This document shows positions 1-8,289 of a DNA stretch of 34,987 bases, one piece after another. The number at the start of each line of letters is the position of its first letter. The first letter of the stretch is position 1. The notes under the pieces are model-generated. The model did not search any database, was not told the DNA's origin, and saw only the letters and a program-made list of their open reading frames with translations. The position numbers were made by a program, and so were the translations under genes. Location of the stretch: the sequence record SRR2962707_4980, one strand, 5' to 3'.

Positions 1-2
1 AG

Positions 3-764
3 AAGCCGGAAGCACTGAGAAATATTGATGCCATTATTGAGGAGGCGGATGGTATCATGGTAGCTCGTGGAGATCTGGGCGTGGAGATACCAATGCATAA
101 GGTCCCGATTTGGCAAAAGAAGATTGTAGAGAAGTGTAATCAGGCAGCTAAGCCAGTAATCATCGCTACCCAGATGATGGAGAGCATGATTGAGAATCCG
201 AGACCTACACGAGCTGAGACCAATGATATTGCAAATGCGGTGATGGATGGTGCCGATGCGCTAATGCTTTCTGCCGAATCTGCGGCAGGAAAATACCCTG
301 TGGAGGCGGTACATAAAATGGCTGAGACAATCAAGGCAGTAGAAATCGAGGCAGATTCTATTTATAACAAATATTATGACAAGCAATTTGAGTCCAGCAC
401 AAGGATGAATGACCTTCTGATCCGTGCAGCATGTCGCTTGGCAGAAAACACGAATGCAAGAGCACTAGTCTGTATGACAAAATCCGGATACACAGGATTC
501 CGAACAGCAATGCATCGATCGAAATCAGAAATCTACCTATTCACCAATAATGAAAGATTGCTCAATCAGATGTGTCTGGTGTGGGGAGTGAAAACTTTCT
601 ATTACGACTCACAGGAAAACATTGATAAGACGCTTGAGCAGATGGAGCGGCGGCTGGTGGAAACAGGAAATCTGAAAAAGGGAGATATCTTCATTAATAC
701 AGCTTCCATGCCGCAGCATTGGCAGGGGCACACAAACATGATGAAGATTCATGTAGTAGAGTGA
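3..764 (+). CDS. pyk: Pyruvate kinase, C-terminal part (5' end lies outside the window)
   Basis: The frame is open from position 3 (KPEALRNIDAIIEEADGI) into MVARGDLGVE...ATQMMESM...PTRAETND...DGADALMLSAESAAGKYP, the canonical PK motifs. Confidence 0.97.
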   Translation, partial: KPEALRNIDAIIEEADGIMVARGDLGVEIPMHKVPIWQKKIVEKCNQAAKPVIIATQMMESMIENPRPTRAETNDIANAVMDGADALMLSAESAAGKYPVEAVHKMAETIKAVEIEADSIYNKYYDKQFESSTRMNDLLIRAACRLAENTNARALVCMTKSGYTGFRTAMHRSKSEIYLFTNNERLLNQMCLVWGVKTFYYDSQENIDKTLEQMERRLVETGNLKKGDIFINTASMPQHWQGHTNMMKIHVVE

Positions 765-787
765 TGACACTCAGACAAGATCAGAAA

Positions 788-928
788 TTAAAAACCACCT
801 GCTGTGAGTGGGGTTGAAATAGAGCTAAGAAGGCTCTGGGTAACCATAATTCCAGCAAGGATTAAAACGGCAATTGGAGTTGCATATGCGAGAAATATGA
901 CAACATATTCCAGGTATTGATTTCTCAT
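788..928 (-). CDS. Small single-TM membrane protein, 46 aa (not in the ORF track)
   Basis: Manual translation gives MRNQYLEYVVIFLAYATPIAVLILAGIMVTQSLLSSISTPLTAGGF*. It has one hydrophobic stretch and a -7-like TAACTTAA at 956-949, and it fills the gap after pyk. Confidence 0.6.
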   Translation of the reverse strand: MRNQYLEYVVIFLAYATPIAVLILAGIMVTQSLLSSISTPLTAGGF

Positions 929-977
929 AACTTTCAGATTAGGTTACCTTAAGTTATTGAATATCAATGATAAATCC

Positions 978-1010
978 TAATTATCAGGTGGATGTGTTTT
1001 TTGATAATTA
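978..1010. promoter_or_regulatory. Perfect 9-bp inverted repeat TAATTATCA-N15-TGATAATTA, putative operator
   Basis: Arms are at 978-986 and 1002-1010, just upstream of the -7-like element of the 46-aa ORF. Confidence 0.4.
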
Positions 1011-1065
1011 ACTGATGTGATGGTGTTTGTTTAATGTTTTTAGCCGCAGTTGAATTACATATATT

Positions 1066-1224
1066 CTAAAAAACAAACAGATACAGCAGCATCACCACAA
1101 TCAATAGAATGGCAATCCACTTGTAACTGGTTTTAGTTTCAGCAAACTCATACTGGCATATTGGGCAGACGTTGGAGGAGGCCCCTACTTCCATCGCACA
1201 TGATGGGCATTCTTTGGTTTTCAT
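1066..1224 (-). CDS. Zinc-ribbon mini-protein with C-terminal TM helix, 52 aa
   Basis: MKTKECPSC...CPICQYEF carries two CxxC motifs followed by WIAILLIVVMLLYLFVF. The ATG at 1224 overlaps the upstream TGA (TGATG coupling). Confidence 0.8.
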   Translation of the reverse strand: MKTKECPSCAMEVGASSNVCPICQYEFAETKTSYKWIAILLIVVMLLYLFVF

Positions 1225-1598
1225 CAGATCGACTTTAAAGCGGTCATCAACAAGCATACCCATCCGGCAATAAACAGCAAACCTCCGATAGGAGTGATCG
1301 CGCCAAGCCATTTCATACCGGTGAAGCAAAGGATGTATAATGATCCGGAGAAAATCAGGATACCAAACGTCATACTGTAGCCGGCATAATTCAGCCACTG
1401 ACTTTGGTATTTGGTCATCAGAAAAGCAATTGCCAACAAAGCAAGTGTATGGTAAAACTGGTATTGGACCGCCGTTTGGTAGGTATCCAGTGTGCCTTCG
1501 GATTGTAATTTGTTTTTTAATGCATGTGCACCAAACGCACCCAAAGCCACAGCTAGGATGCCGGAGATAGAAGAGATAATAAGAAAGAGTTTTTGCAT
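1224..1598 (-). CDS. DUF423 (YgdD/TMEM256) family membrane protein
   Basis: Motifs LGAFGAHAL, TAVQYQFYH, FSGSLY and GAITPIGG; four TM segments. Confidence 0.93.
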   Translation of the reverse strand: MQKLFLIISSISGILAVALGAFGAHALKNKLQSEGTLDTYQTAVQYQFYHTLALLAIAFLMTKYQSQWLNYAGYSMTFGILIFSGSLYILCFTGMKWLGAITPIGGLLFIAGWVCLLMTALKSI

Positions 1599-2212
1599 TA
1601 TTCCTGTTCGTTATAATATCCCGGAATCTTAAAAAGGATCGGGTTAGGCTCTACATTTAATTTGATGTTGGTAGCTGTTGTCACAATGTTACGATCACCA
1701 AGTTTTGCTTTTCGTTTCAAAACCATACCATTCCATATCCATAACTCCTGGATGGCTTTCCCTTCAAATGTCCACACCTGGCATTTTTTGTCCATCAGCG
1801 TTGAGTCCGATTGTTGATTTCCTCCCATGGAAAAAAGGATCGCCTCAGATACCTGATCCGGAGTTTTGTAAGAAGCCTGTTGGCTCCATTTAAAATCCTT
1901 TCGTTCTTTGTAGGTTGAGTCATCAGGGTTTAGTCGGTAGACAAAATCTCCATCAGTTACTTCATGAACCGATTGGGTGCTGGCAATTCCGTAAAGCTCA
2001 AACGTCATTGTTTGTCTTTTCAGGCTGGTCCACCCATAATCGGTAAACACCATCAGTTCCTCACCTTTTGCATCACCGGAAATTTCATAGGTTATATCTG
2101 CAGATTTAATTGCATATTTTTTTAACTCCTGCGAGCGTAACTCTTCAGCCGTCTTTGCCTGTGAGAAGGCCACAATGGGCAGTAGAGCAAGCAATAAAAA
2201 TGAAACTTTCAT
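1598..2212 (-). CDS. Secreted hypothetical protein, 204 aa
   Basis: Signal peptide MKVSFLLLALLPIVAFSQ, a beta-rich body and C-terminal FKIP. TAATG overlap with the next gene; TATCTTTG -7 element at about 2237-2230. Confidence 0.85.
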   Translation of the reverse strand: MKVSFLLLALLPIVAFSQAKTAEELRSQELKKYAIKSADITYEISGDAKGEELMVFTDYGWTSLKRQTMTFELYGIASTQSVHEVTDGDFVYRLNPDDSTYKERKDFKWSQQASYKTPDQVSEAILFSMGGNQQSDSTLMDKKCQVWTFEGKAIQELWIWNGMVLKRKAKLGDRNIVTTATNIKLNVEPNPILFKIPGYYNEQE

Positions 2213-2242
2213 GCGATTCGGGTTTGCTTCAAAGATATAAAT

Positions 2243-2270
2243 AAAAAATCCCGACGGTTACCGTCGGGAT
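2243..2270 (-). terminator. Rho-independent terminator of the 63-aa gene
   Basis: Stem ATCCCGACGG-TTA-CCGTCGGGAT (2248-2270), with an A-run that reads as a U-tract on the minus strand. Confidence 0.85.
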
Positions 2271-2307
2271 GTCAACCAGCTATAGTCAGAAATCCCTAGT
2301 CAGGGGA

Positions 2308-2499
2308 TTACCTTAATATTTTCGGTCTGCATTTATTTAGTTCCAGCACGATCTTTCTGAGCCTTCTTTCTGATGCGTCATTGAATCTTTCAAGTGGCAA
2401 TATGTCTTGTGGGTGAACAGAAACGATTTTGTTGTATTCCGTCCGGGAACCAACCTGATAGGAGCTGAGCGAATTGTTGTACCAAAGTATTTGTGTCAT
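2308..2499 (-). CDS. Hypothetical small cytoplasmic protein, 63 aa
   Basis: Has its own promoter cassette upstream and terminator downstream; ACCATG start context (A at -3). Confidence 0.75.
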   Translation of the reverse strand: MTQILWYNNSLSSYQVGSRTEYNKIVSVHPQDILPLERFNDASERRLRKIVLELNKCRPKILR

Positions 2500-2528
2500 G
2501 GTAGTGATTTTTAGTGACTTTGATACAT

Positions 2529-2585
2529 CTAAGGTGAAAAGGTTTAATTTTCAAATCCTGCCAATGTGGTTACAAATCCTGTCAA
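2529..2585 (-). promoter_or_regulatory. Promoter cassette A: -7-like CACCTTAG plus two direct repeats with a 21-bp period
   Basis: ATCCTGCCAA at 2555-2564 and ATCCTGTCAA at 2576-2585 (+ strand). Geometry is identical to the cassette at 5909-5965. Confidence 0.75.
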
Positions 2586-2715
2586 ATTCCTTTTTTCAGG
2601 CTTTGGACATCTTTTCCCTGCTTTTTAAAAGTTAAAAATCAGTTTTTGATCTGATGAGCGTCATATTTTTTATGGTCATAAATGGAGATTTTCATACCAC
2701 TAAAACGATCAAGTC

Positions 2716-2928
2716 ATGTATGTCGCAGAAAAAAAACGGGTGCATCCCAGAAGCTTTCATCACCGGATTCGTGATGGAGCTGTGAGCTATTTCAATACCA
2801 ACCACTTGCTTGGTATGGATCCAATGGATCATTCCAGGTTCAGGGGTTTGTATGAGAAGAAAAAAGAGTCGATTAAATGGGATGTATTACACGAGGAGGA
2901 TACACATCATTTAATCAGCAATTGGTGA
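2716..2928 (+). CDS. Hypothetical protein, 70 aa
   Basis: ATG-initiated, does not overlap its neighbours, and ends 4 nt from the convergent HTCS stop. No motif recognised. Confidence 0.45.
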   Translation: MYVAEKKRVHPRSFHHRIRDGAVSYFNTNHLLGMDPMDHSRFRGLYEKKKESIKWDVLHEEDTHHLISNW

Positions 2929-2932
2929 TCAT

Positions 2933-5803
2933 TTAGCCGATTGCTCTCTTGAATGGGTGACCAAATCGTTTTTCAAATTGATTGGAAAACGAGCTGGCGT
3001 TGCTCATGCCAATTAATTGTGCGGCTTCCGTGGCTGTACGAACGGAGTTGTTTTGTAAATAATTTTCCAGGTATTGCCACCTGACCTCTTTGATTAATTC
3101 ATAGGGGGTCAGGCCGGAAATTTTTTTGATCATACGATACACTTTTCGTTCGCTGGCCGCCATCTCGTCAGCAAGATCCAGCACCGAAAGGTGGGGATCA
3201 TCGATACGTTTGATGATAAGCTGCTCCAATCGATGCATGATGTTTTTTTCGAAAGCTTCGGCCGTCTCGCCATATAGCTTTGATAGCGATTGATTACTGT
3301 CCCAATCACGGCCTGCGATGTTTTGTATTTTAATTATCAGCTCTTCTTTATCAAATGGTTTGCTGATCACATCTTCAGCTCCTTTCGAAATCAGTTCGAG
3401 TTTTTCTTTCTTATCCGTTCGCGCACTCACCACCACCACAGGAATTTTCTTAAGTTCTTTGTCCTTTTTTAGGTGATCCACCAACTCAAACCCATCCATA
3501 TAGGGCATCATCAGGTCAGTTACAATCAAATCGATTTTCTCTGATTGCAATACATCCAAAGCGCTCGTGCCATTTGCAGCCAGGAATACCCGAAATTCCG
3601 GGCTTAGGATGCTTTTGAGATAACTTCTCAATTCGCGGTGATCTTCGACAATCAGAACTCCCTTGGCGTTCTCTTTCGGTGTTTTGATTCCGGGAACCTG
3701 TAGTCGCTCTTTTTCTTCCTGAAGATCCATCCAAAGGGAGTTTCTGGTGACTACATCCAGGGAACGTTCCGGGACAATAGCTTTTGATATCCAATCACTT
3801 TTCTTGAAAGGAAACTGGATGGTGAAGACAGATCCATTGTTTCCACTGGTAGCGCGGATGGTACCACCGTGCAGTTCGATAAGCTCCCTCACCAGTGCCA
3901 ATCCGATTCCCACTCCGGCCTGAGAGGTTTTTGATTCGAAAGATTGGTAATACCTGTCAAAAATGTATTCAAGGTTTTCTTCAGGAATGCCGGCACCCGA
4001 ATCGGAAATGCTGATTTCAAGGTTATGCTTATCAGTGCTAAGCTGGACATCCACCTTACCATTTTCGGGAGTGAATTTTATCGCATTAGAAAGGAGGTTG
4101 TAAATAATCTTTTCAAACTGATGTGGATCAATCTGTAAAGTGGTCTCGTCCTCTGCCCGACTGGAAAAACGGAGTTCAATGGATTTAATATCTGCGGCAC
4201 TGCTGAACATTTTCGTAAGCAATCGCAGGTAGGGCACAATCTTGACGTATTGCAGCTCAAGTTTGACTTTTCCTTCTTCCAGGCGAGTAAGGTCCATGAT
4301 TTCATCAGCCAGGTAAAGCAAGCGTTTTCCATTCTTCATTCCCATATCAAGCAGCTCTTTTGATTCTTTATCCATGATCTCATAATCCCGATCGATTATC
4401 TTATCTAAGGCACCCAAAATAAGTGTCAGTGGCGATCGAAGGTCATGTGAAACATTAGCAAAAAATCGAGTTTTGGCCTCATCCAATTCTTTTAGTTTGT
4501 TAGCTTGCGCTTCGATTTTGCTGAGTAGCTTTTTACGTTCGGTGAGCTGTTTTCTTAGCAGGATCGCGATTATCAGCAGCAAAATAATGATGGCTCCAAT
4601 TGAGATGATGATGGTATTCTGAAAACGAATTTGCTGGGCCTGTGTAGCCGCTTCCTCTTTCAATAATTGATTTTCTTTTTCTTTTAATTCATTCTGAAAT
4701 TTGGCCTCTGCTTCTTCTGCAGCTTGAAGAATGGCCTCACTGGTTATTTGTTCTCTTATGGTATTATATTTTCTATATAATGTGGAAGCTACCTCATAAT
4801 TTTTCAAGCTCAATTCTGCCTCAGCAAGCGTCCAGATTGTTTCTGTCAGTCGTTCTGGGTTGTTGTACTGCTCGGCAATCGTCACTGCCTCTGATGCATA
4901 TTTTCTCGCTTTTATATAATCGCCCATTTCCTTATGGATCTTTGATAGCGTAATTCCGGAATAAGTAAGCGTTAATCCCTCACCATATTCTTTTTTTAAT
5001 TGGTGAGATTGATTCGCGTAGTACAATGCAGAGTCATACATTTTATCATCCTGAAAGCTTTCAGCAATGTTGCCGTAAGTTTTGGCATATTGTAGTTCGT
5101 TACCCTCAATTGAGAAGTTTCCAAGTGCTTTTTTAAGGTAATACCTGGCGCTATCGCTTTGATCCAGTTTTGAGAAAGCTATGCCCATGTTATTGAAGAT
5201 GCCATTGACACGTCGGCTTTCATCTCCGACAATCTTTCTTGCTGACCGAAAATAGGCCAAGGCTTTATCTGCATTTTCAAGTCTCATATAAACAAGACCG
5301 AGATTGCTCATGGTGCTGGCAGCTGAAGCTTCATTTCCTGCATCCATTTTGGCATTGATGGATATACCGTAGTAGTGGATGGCTGAGTCATACATTCCCA
5401 GGTTTTCAAATGCATTTCCCAGGTTATTACAGTTGGAACCAATTCCACGTTTGTCTCCTAACGCTTGATTGATGCTTAATGCTTTTTTTAGATCTTTGAC
5501 TCCATGATCATCGAGGTTGTTTTCCATCTTAATCACACCGATGTTTGAGTAACAAAATGCTAAAAACTGCTTATTGCCAAGTTTATTAGCTACTTCAATT
5601 TCCAGATTAGCATACATCAGAGCTGAATCTGCATCCACTCTCTTGTAAGTCCAGGCGAGCTCATCCAGTACGCGAAATCGAAGGGAGTCATCTGTCACTG
5701 TTTCCAAATCGTTTTTCAGACTATCCAGATACAGACGTAACTGAGCATCAGATGACATGAATGAGATCAGCGTAATGATCAGGACGAGTGATTTTCTTAA
5801 CAT
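2933..5803 (-). CDS. Hybrid two-component system: TPR sensor, TM, HisKA/HATPase, receiver, AraC-type HTH
   Basis: Signal peptide; TPR repeats (YSNIG, NNLG, MSNLG); one TM; H-box SHDLRSPL; N-box NLLSNAIKFT; G-boxes DSGAGI and GVGIGLAL; REC IVEDH...TDLMMPYMDG...KPF; C-terminal AraC-like LSVLDLADEM...FSNQFEKRFG. Confidence 0.95.
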   Translation of the reverse strand: MLRKSLVLIITLISFMSSDAQLRLYLDSLKNDLETVTDDSLRFRVLDELAWTYKRVDADSALMYANLEIEVANKLGNKQFLAFCYSNIGVIKMENNLDDHGVKDLKKALSINQALGDKRGIGSNCNNLGNAFENLGMYDSAIHYYGISINAKMDAGNEASAASTMSNLGLVYMRLENADKALAYFRSARKIVGDESRRVNGIFNNMGIAFSKLDQSDSARYYLKKALGNFSIEGNELQYAKTYGNIAESFQDDKMYDSALYYANQSHQLKKEYGEGLTLTYSGITLSKIHKEMGDYIKARKYASEAVTIAEQYNNPERLTETIWTLAEAELSLKNYEVASTLYRKYNTIREQITSEAILQAAEEAEAKFQNELKEKENQLLKEEAATQAQQIRFQNTIIISIGAIIILLLIIAILLRKQLTERKKLLSKIEAQANKLKELDEAKTRFFANVSHDLRSPLTLILGALDKIIDRDYEIMDKESKELLDMGMKNGKRLLYLADEIMDLTRLEEGKVKLELQYVKIVPYLRLLTKMFSSAADIKSIELRFSSRAEDETTLQIDPHQFEKIIYNLLSNAIKFTPENGKVDVQLSTDKHNLEISISDSGAGIPEENLEYIFDRYYQSFESKTSQAGVGIGLALVRELIELHGGTIRATSGNNGSVFTIQFPFKKSDWISKAIVPERSLDVVTRNSLWMDLQEEKERLQVPGIKTPKENAKGVLIVEDHRELRSYLKSILSPEFRVFLAANGTSALDVLQSEKIDLIVTDLMMPYMDGFELVDHLKKDKELKKIPVVVVSARTDKKEKLELISKGAEDVISKPFDKEELIIKIQNIAGRDWDSNQSLSKLYGETAEAFEKNIMHRLEQLIIKRIDDPHLSVLDLADEMAASERKVYRMIKKISGLTPYELIKEVRWQYLENYLQNNSVRTATEAAQLIGMSNASSFSNQFEKRFGHPFKRAIG

Positions 5804-5831
5804 GGTGGTAACGCTTGATGACTAAAGTTAT

Positions 5832-5865
5832 AAAAAAAGCTCCCCTGAATAGATCAAAGGAGCTT
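5832..5865 (-). terminator. Rho-independent terminator between the deiodinase gene and the HTCS
   Basis: Minus strand reads AAGCTCCTTTGA-TCTAT-TCAGGGGAGCTTTTTTT: a stem with G-U pairs followed by 7 T. Confidence 0.8.
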
Positions 5866-5905
5866 ACTTCTACCCACGGTGCTATGCGTGATTAGGTGGA
5901 TTTCA
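5832..5905 (-). ncRNA. Candidate ~75-nt small RNA or terminated leader
   Basis: Bounded by promoter cassette B and the terminator. The only ATG-initiated ORF I saw is 4-codon MKST (5906-5892), at the expected transcription start. Confidence 0.4.
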
Positions 5906-5908
5906 TAG

Positions 5909-5965
5909 TGAAGGTAGGAGAGAGAATTTTACCAATTCTGCCAACCTACTTCAATATCCTGCCAA
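5909..5965 (-). promoter_or_regulatory. Promoter cassette B: -7-like TACCTTCA plus two direct repeats with a 21-bp period
   Basis: ATTCTGCCAA at 5935-5944 and ATCCTGCCAA at 5956-5965; aligns without gaps to 2529-2585. Confidence 0.75.
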
Positions 5966-6646
5966 TCATTCATAAAACACCGCCACTTCTTCTAAAGGCT
6001 TTCTTTCCAGATCTGGTACATACACTTCATCCTTAGGATACCCGATGGGGAGGAGAAGGTATGGGCGCTCATTGTCTGGTCGGTTGAGGATTTTTGTAAG
6101 GAAATTCATCGGTGAGGGTGTATGTGTCAAAGTGACTAGCCCTGCCTTATGAATGGCGGAAATGATCATCCCACAGGCAATCCCAACGGATTCATTCACG
6201 TAGTAATTGTTGTTTTTCTCCCCATCTACCATTTCAAAGACACGTTTAAAAATCACAATCAGCCATGGTGCCTCTTCAAGAAAAGGTTTGTTCCAATCCG
6301 TTCCAATGGGCTCCAGGTCCTTCAGCCAGCGTTCACTCATTCGCCCGTGGTAGCTATCATATTCTTCCTTTTCTGCTGCTTCCCGGATGGCCTTTTTGAT
6401 TTCAGGATTTGAAATAGCACAGAAAGTCCAGGGCTGCTTATGTGCTCCTGATGGTGCTGTCGATCCTGCCATGATCAGGCTTTCAATCAGTTCCTTGCTG
6501 ACGGGCTTATCCGATATATCGCGAACTGTCCTTCTAGTATCCAGCCATTCATAATACTCCCTGGCCCGGGATTCAGCTTCACTTAGCTCATAAACATCTC
6601 GTTCATAAGCCACATGTGGATGTCCGTTGATGTCCTTTTTATTCAT
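5966..6646 (-). CDS. Nitroreductase-superfamily flavoprotein, iodotyrosine deiodinase (IYD)-like
   Basis: RRTVR, TAPSGAHKQPW, lid EEYDSY...RWLKDL..IGTDWNKPFLEEAP (E/Y/K halotyrosine-binding pattern), YYVNES and THTP. Confidence 0.88.
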   Translation of the reverse strand: MNKKDINGHPHVAYERDVYELSEAESRAREYYEWLDTRRTVRDISDKPVSKELIESLIMAGSTAPSGAHKQPWTFCAISNPEIKKAIREAAEKEEYDSYHGRMSERWLKDLEPIGTDWNKPFLEEAPWLIVIFKRVFEMVDGEKNNNYYVNESVGIACGMIISAIHKAGLVTLTHTPSPMNFLTKILNRPDNERPYLLLPIGYPKDEVYVPDLERKPLEEVAVFYE

Positions 6647-8289
6647 TATAAACCCAATACTTCCACGCCTTGCTCAAATACAATATCAACCGGAATATTT
6701 TGCTCAGACAGACGGTCCAGCTCAGCTTGCAATACCTCACCAATCGTTCCCTTTTCAGCTACTAGTTGAGCAACTCCCTCATAATCGCCATTTCCTTGTA
6801 GCGTCAGGATCTTCTCAGAAAGGGCATTCATTGCTTCTTTCATCTTATCAAAATCCACCATGTATGTGCCTGTCTCTTCGTCTTTAGCGAAAGCTCCATA
6901 CTCATTGAAAAAGTTGAATCGAATCATATTGGCTTTTCCGTGTGAGCTTGCGGCACCAAAACGAACAGAACGGAAAATGCCTGCCATAAAAGTCACATAG
7001 TAATCATTCAGGTCTCCTTCGATTTCTCCTTTCTCGTGAAGCTGGGTGATCATGTAGAGCCCGAGGATATCTGCCTTTCCCTCTTCCAAGGCTGATGAGT
7101 GCTCTTTCAATGCATTTCGAACTGTCCCTTTTCCATTGATGGTGTTTTTGATTCCCAGGCCGTGAGCGACTTCATGAAACATGGTGTTTCCAAAGAATGC
7201 GTCAAAGGTGATATGCTTGCGCTGATCCGGGTGAATCAAAACGTCTGCGATTGGAACCAGAATGTGATCAAACTTGGCTTGCATAGCGTTTTTAAGTTGT
7301 AATCTTCGTGAACCCTTTGCAAGCTGTACTTCCTCATCATTGGGCAGGTTGATGGCGATCGTTTTGGAACCTGAGTTACAATCTCCAGCATAGTAAACCA
7401 CATCATATGCATTGAGGTCTGCATCGGTACCGGGCTTTTCCGCTTTGTACTCAGCTGCAACTGGTAGGCCAGTCTGAAGCTCGGGAAGGAAGTCTGCATA
7501 TTTGGCAAGACGTTCACTCCAGCTTTTGTCTTTCACTAAGACATACGCTTCATGAGCAGCTTTGTAGTTGTAAAGTTTATCCTCATAATTTTCAATCGGA
7601 CCGACCACAAAGTCCAATCCATTGGTTTTCATATCCATCCAGGCCATATCGCTAGGTTGATACTCATCCGTGAGAAGAGCTTCTGCTCTTAACGATAAGT
7701 AGGTTTTTAGCCCTTTATCCTCCGCTAGTTCGGCACATTGTTTTAAAAGATCAGAAGCCTTTTGTACTTGCTCAGTAAACATCTCATTGTATGGCACCAC
7801 CTTTAGGTTGCCATCATCATCCCTTCGAATGAAAGTATAAAGGCTGGTTTTATCTTCCAGTTCAGCAGCTTCAAATTCTTCCTTAGTCATATCTGTCGGG
7901 TAAAAATTGGCACCATCCGGTTTAGGTCCTACGCCCTCAATGAATGGCTCGTTGTTAGCCAACCGGTCCCACGGGCCGTAATTGATGTAGACATACTTTT
8001 TAGTGGCAGGGTCTGTCAAAGAGGCCAGAAGTGAATCTTTTTTACCGTAAGCTTCATACCAGAAGAGTTCATCCATGATTTTGGATGCCTCAATCATCAG
8101 CGGGATCATTTGTTTTTCACTCTCACTCAGCTGACTGATATCAGTTGTGAGTTTGACGTTTTTATAAATATCAACCCTGGCTTTCATAGGAGAAGCCTCG
8201 GCGGAAGCTTCTTCCTGTTTTTTCTCAGGAGTGGTGCACTGGCTCATCATTAAACTGATAAGACCGATACTTAAGATTTTTTTCATCAT
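6646..8289 (-). CDS. Peptidase M49 (dipeptidyl peptidase III-like) Zn-dependent lipoprotein
   Basis: Lipobox-like MSQC; GANFYP, GPIENYED, IAINLPND, FHEVAHGLG and LEEGKAD. Confidence 0.88.
   Translation of the reverse strand: MMKKILSIGLISLMMSQCTTPEKKQEEASAEASPMKARVDIYKNVKLTTDISQLSESEKQMIPLMIEASKIMDELFWYEAYGKKDSLLASLTDPATKKYVYINYGPWDRLANNEPFIEGVGPKPDGANFYPTDMTKEEFEAAELEDKTSLYTFIRRDDDGNLKVVPYNEMFTEQVQKASDLLKQCAELAEDKGLKTYLSLRAEALLTDEYQPSDMAWMDMKTNGLDFVVGPIENYEDKLYNYKAAHEAYVLVKDKSWSERLAKYADFLPELQTGLPVAAEYKAEKPGTDADLNAYDVVYYAGDCNSGSKTIAINLPNDEEVQLAKGSRRLQLKNAMQAKFDHILVPIADVLIHPDQRKHITFDAFFGNTMFHEVAHGLGIKNTINGKGTVRNALKEHSSALEEGKADILGLYMITQLHEKGEIEGDLNDYYVTFMAGIFRSVRFGAASSHGKANMIRFNFFNEYGAFAKDEETGTYMVDFDKMKEAMNALSEKILTLQGNGDYEGVAQLVAEKGTIGEVLQAELDRLSEQNIPVDIVFEQGVEVLGL

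Noticed and set aside
1225-1398. 110-aa version of the ORF at 1066..1398
   Set aside because: The extension overlaps DUF423 in another frame. The coupled ATG at 1224 gives a clean 52-aa protein.
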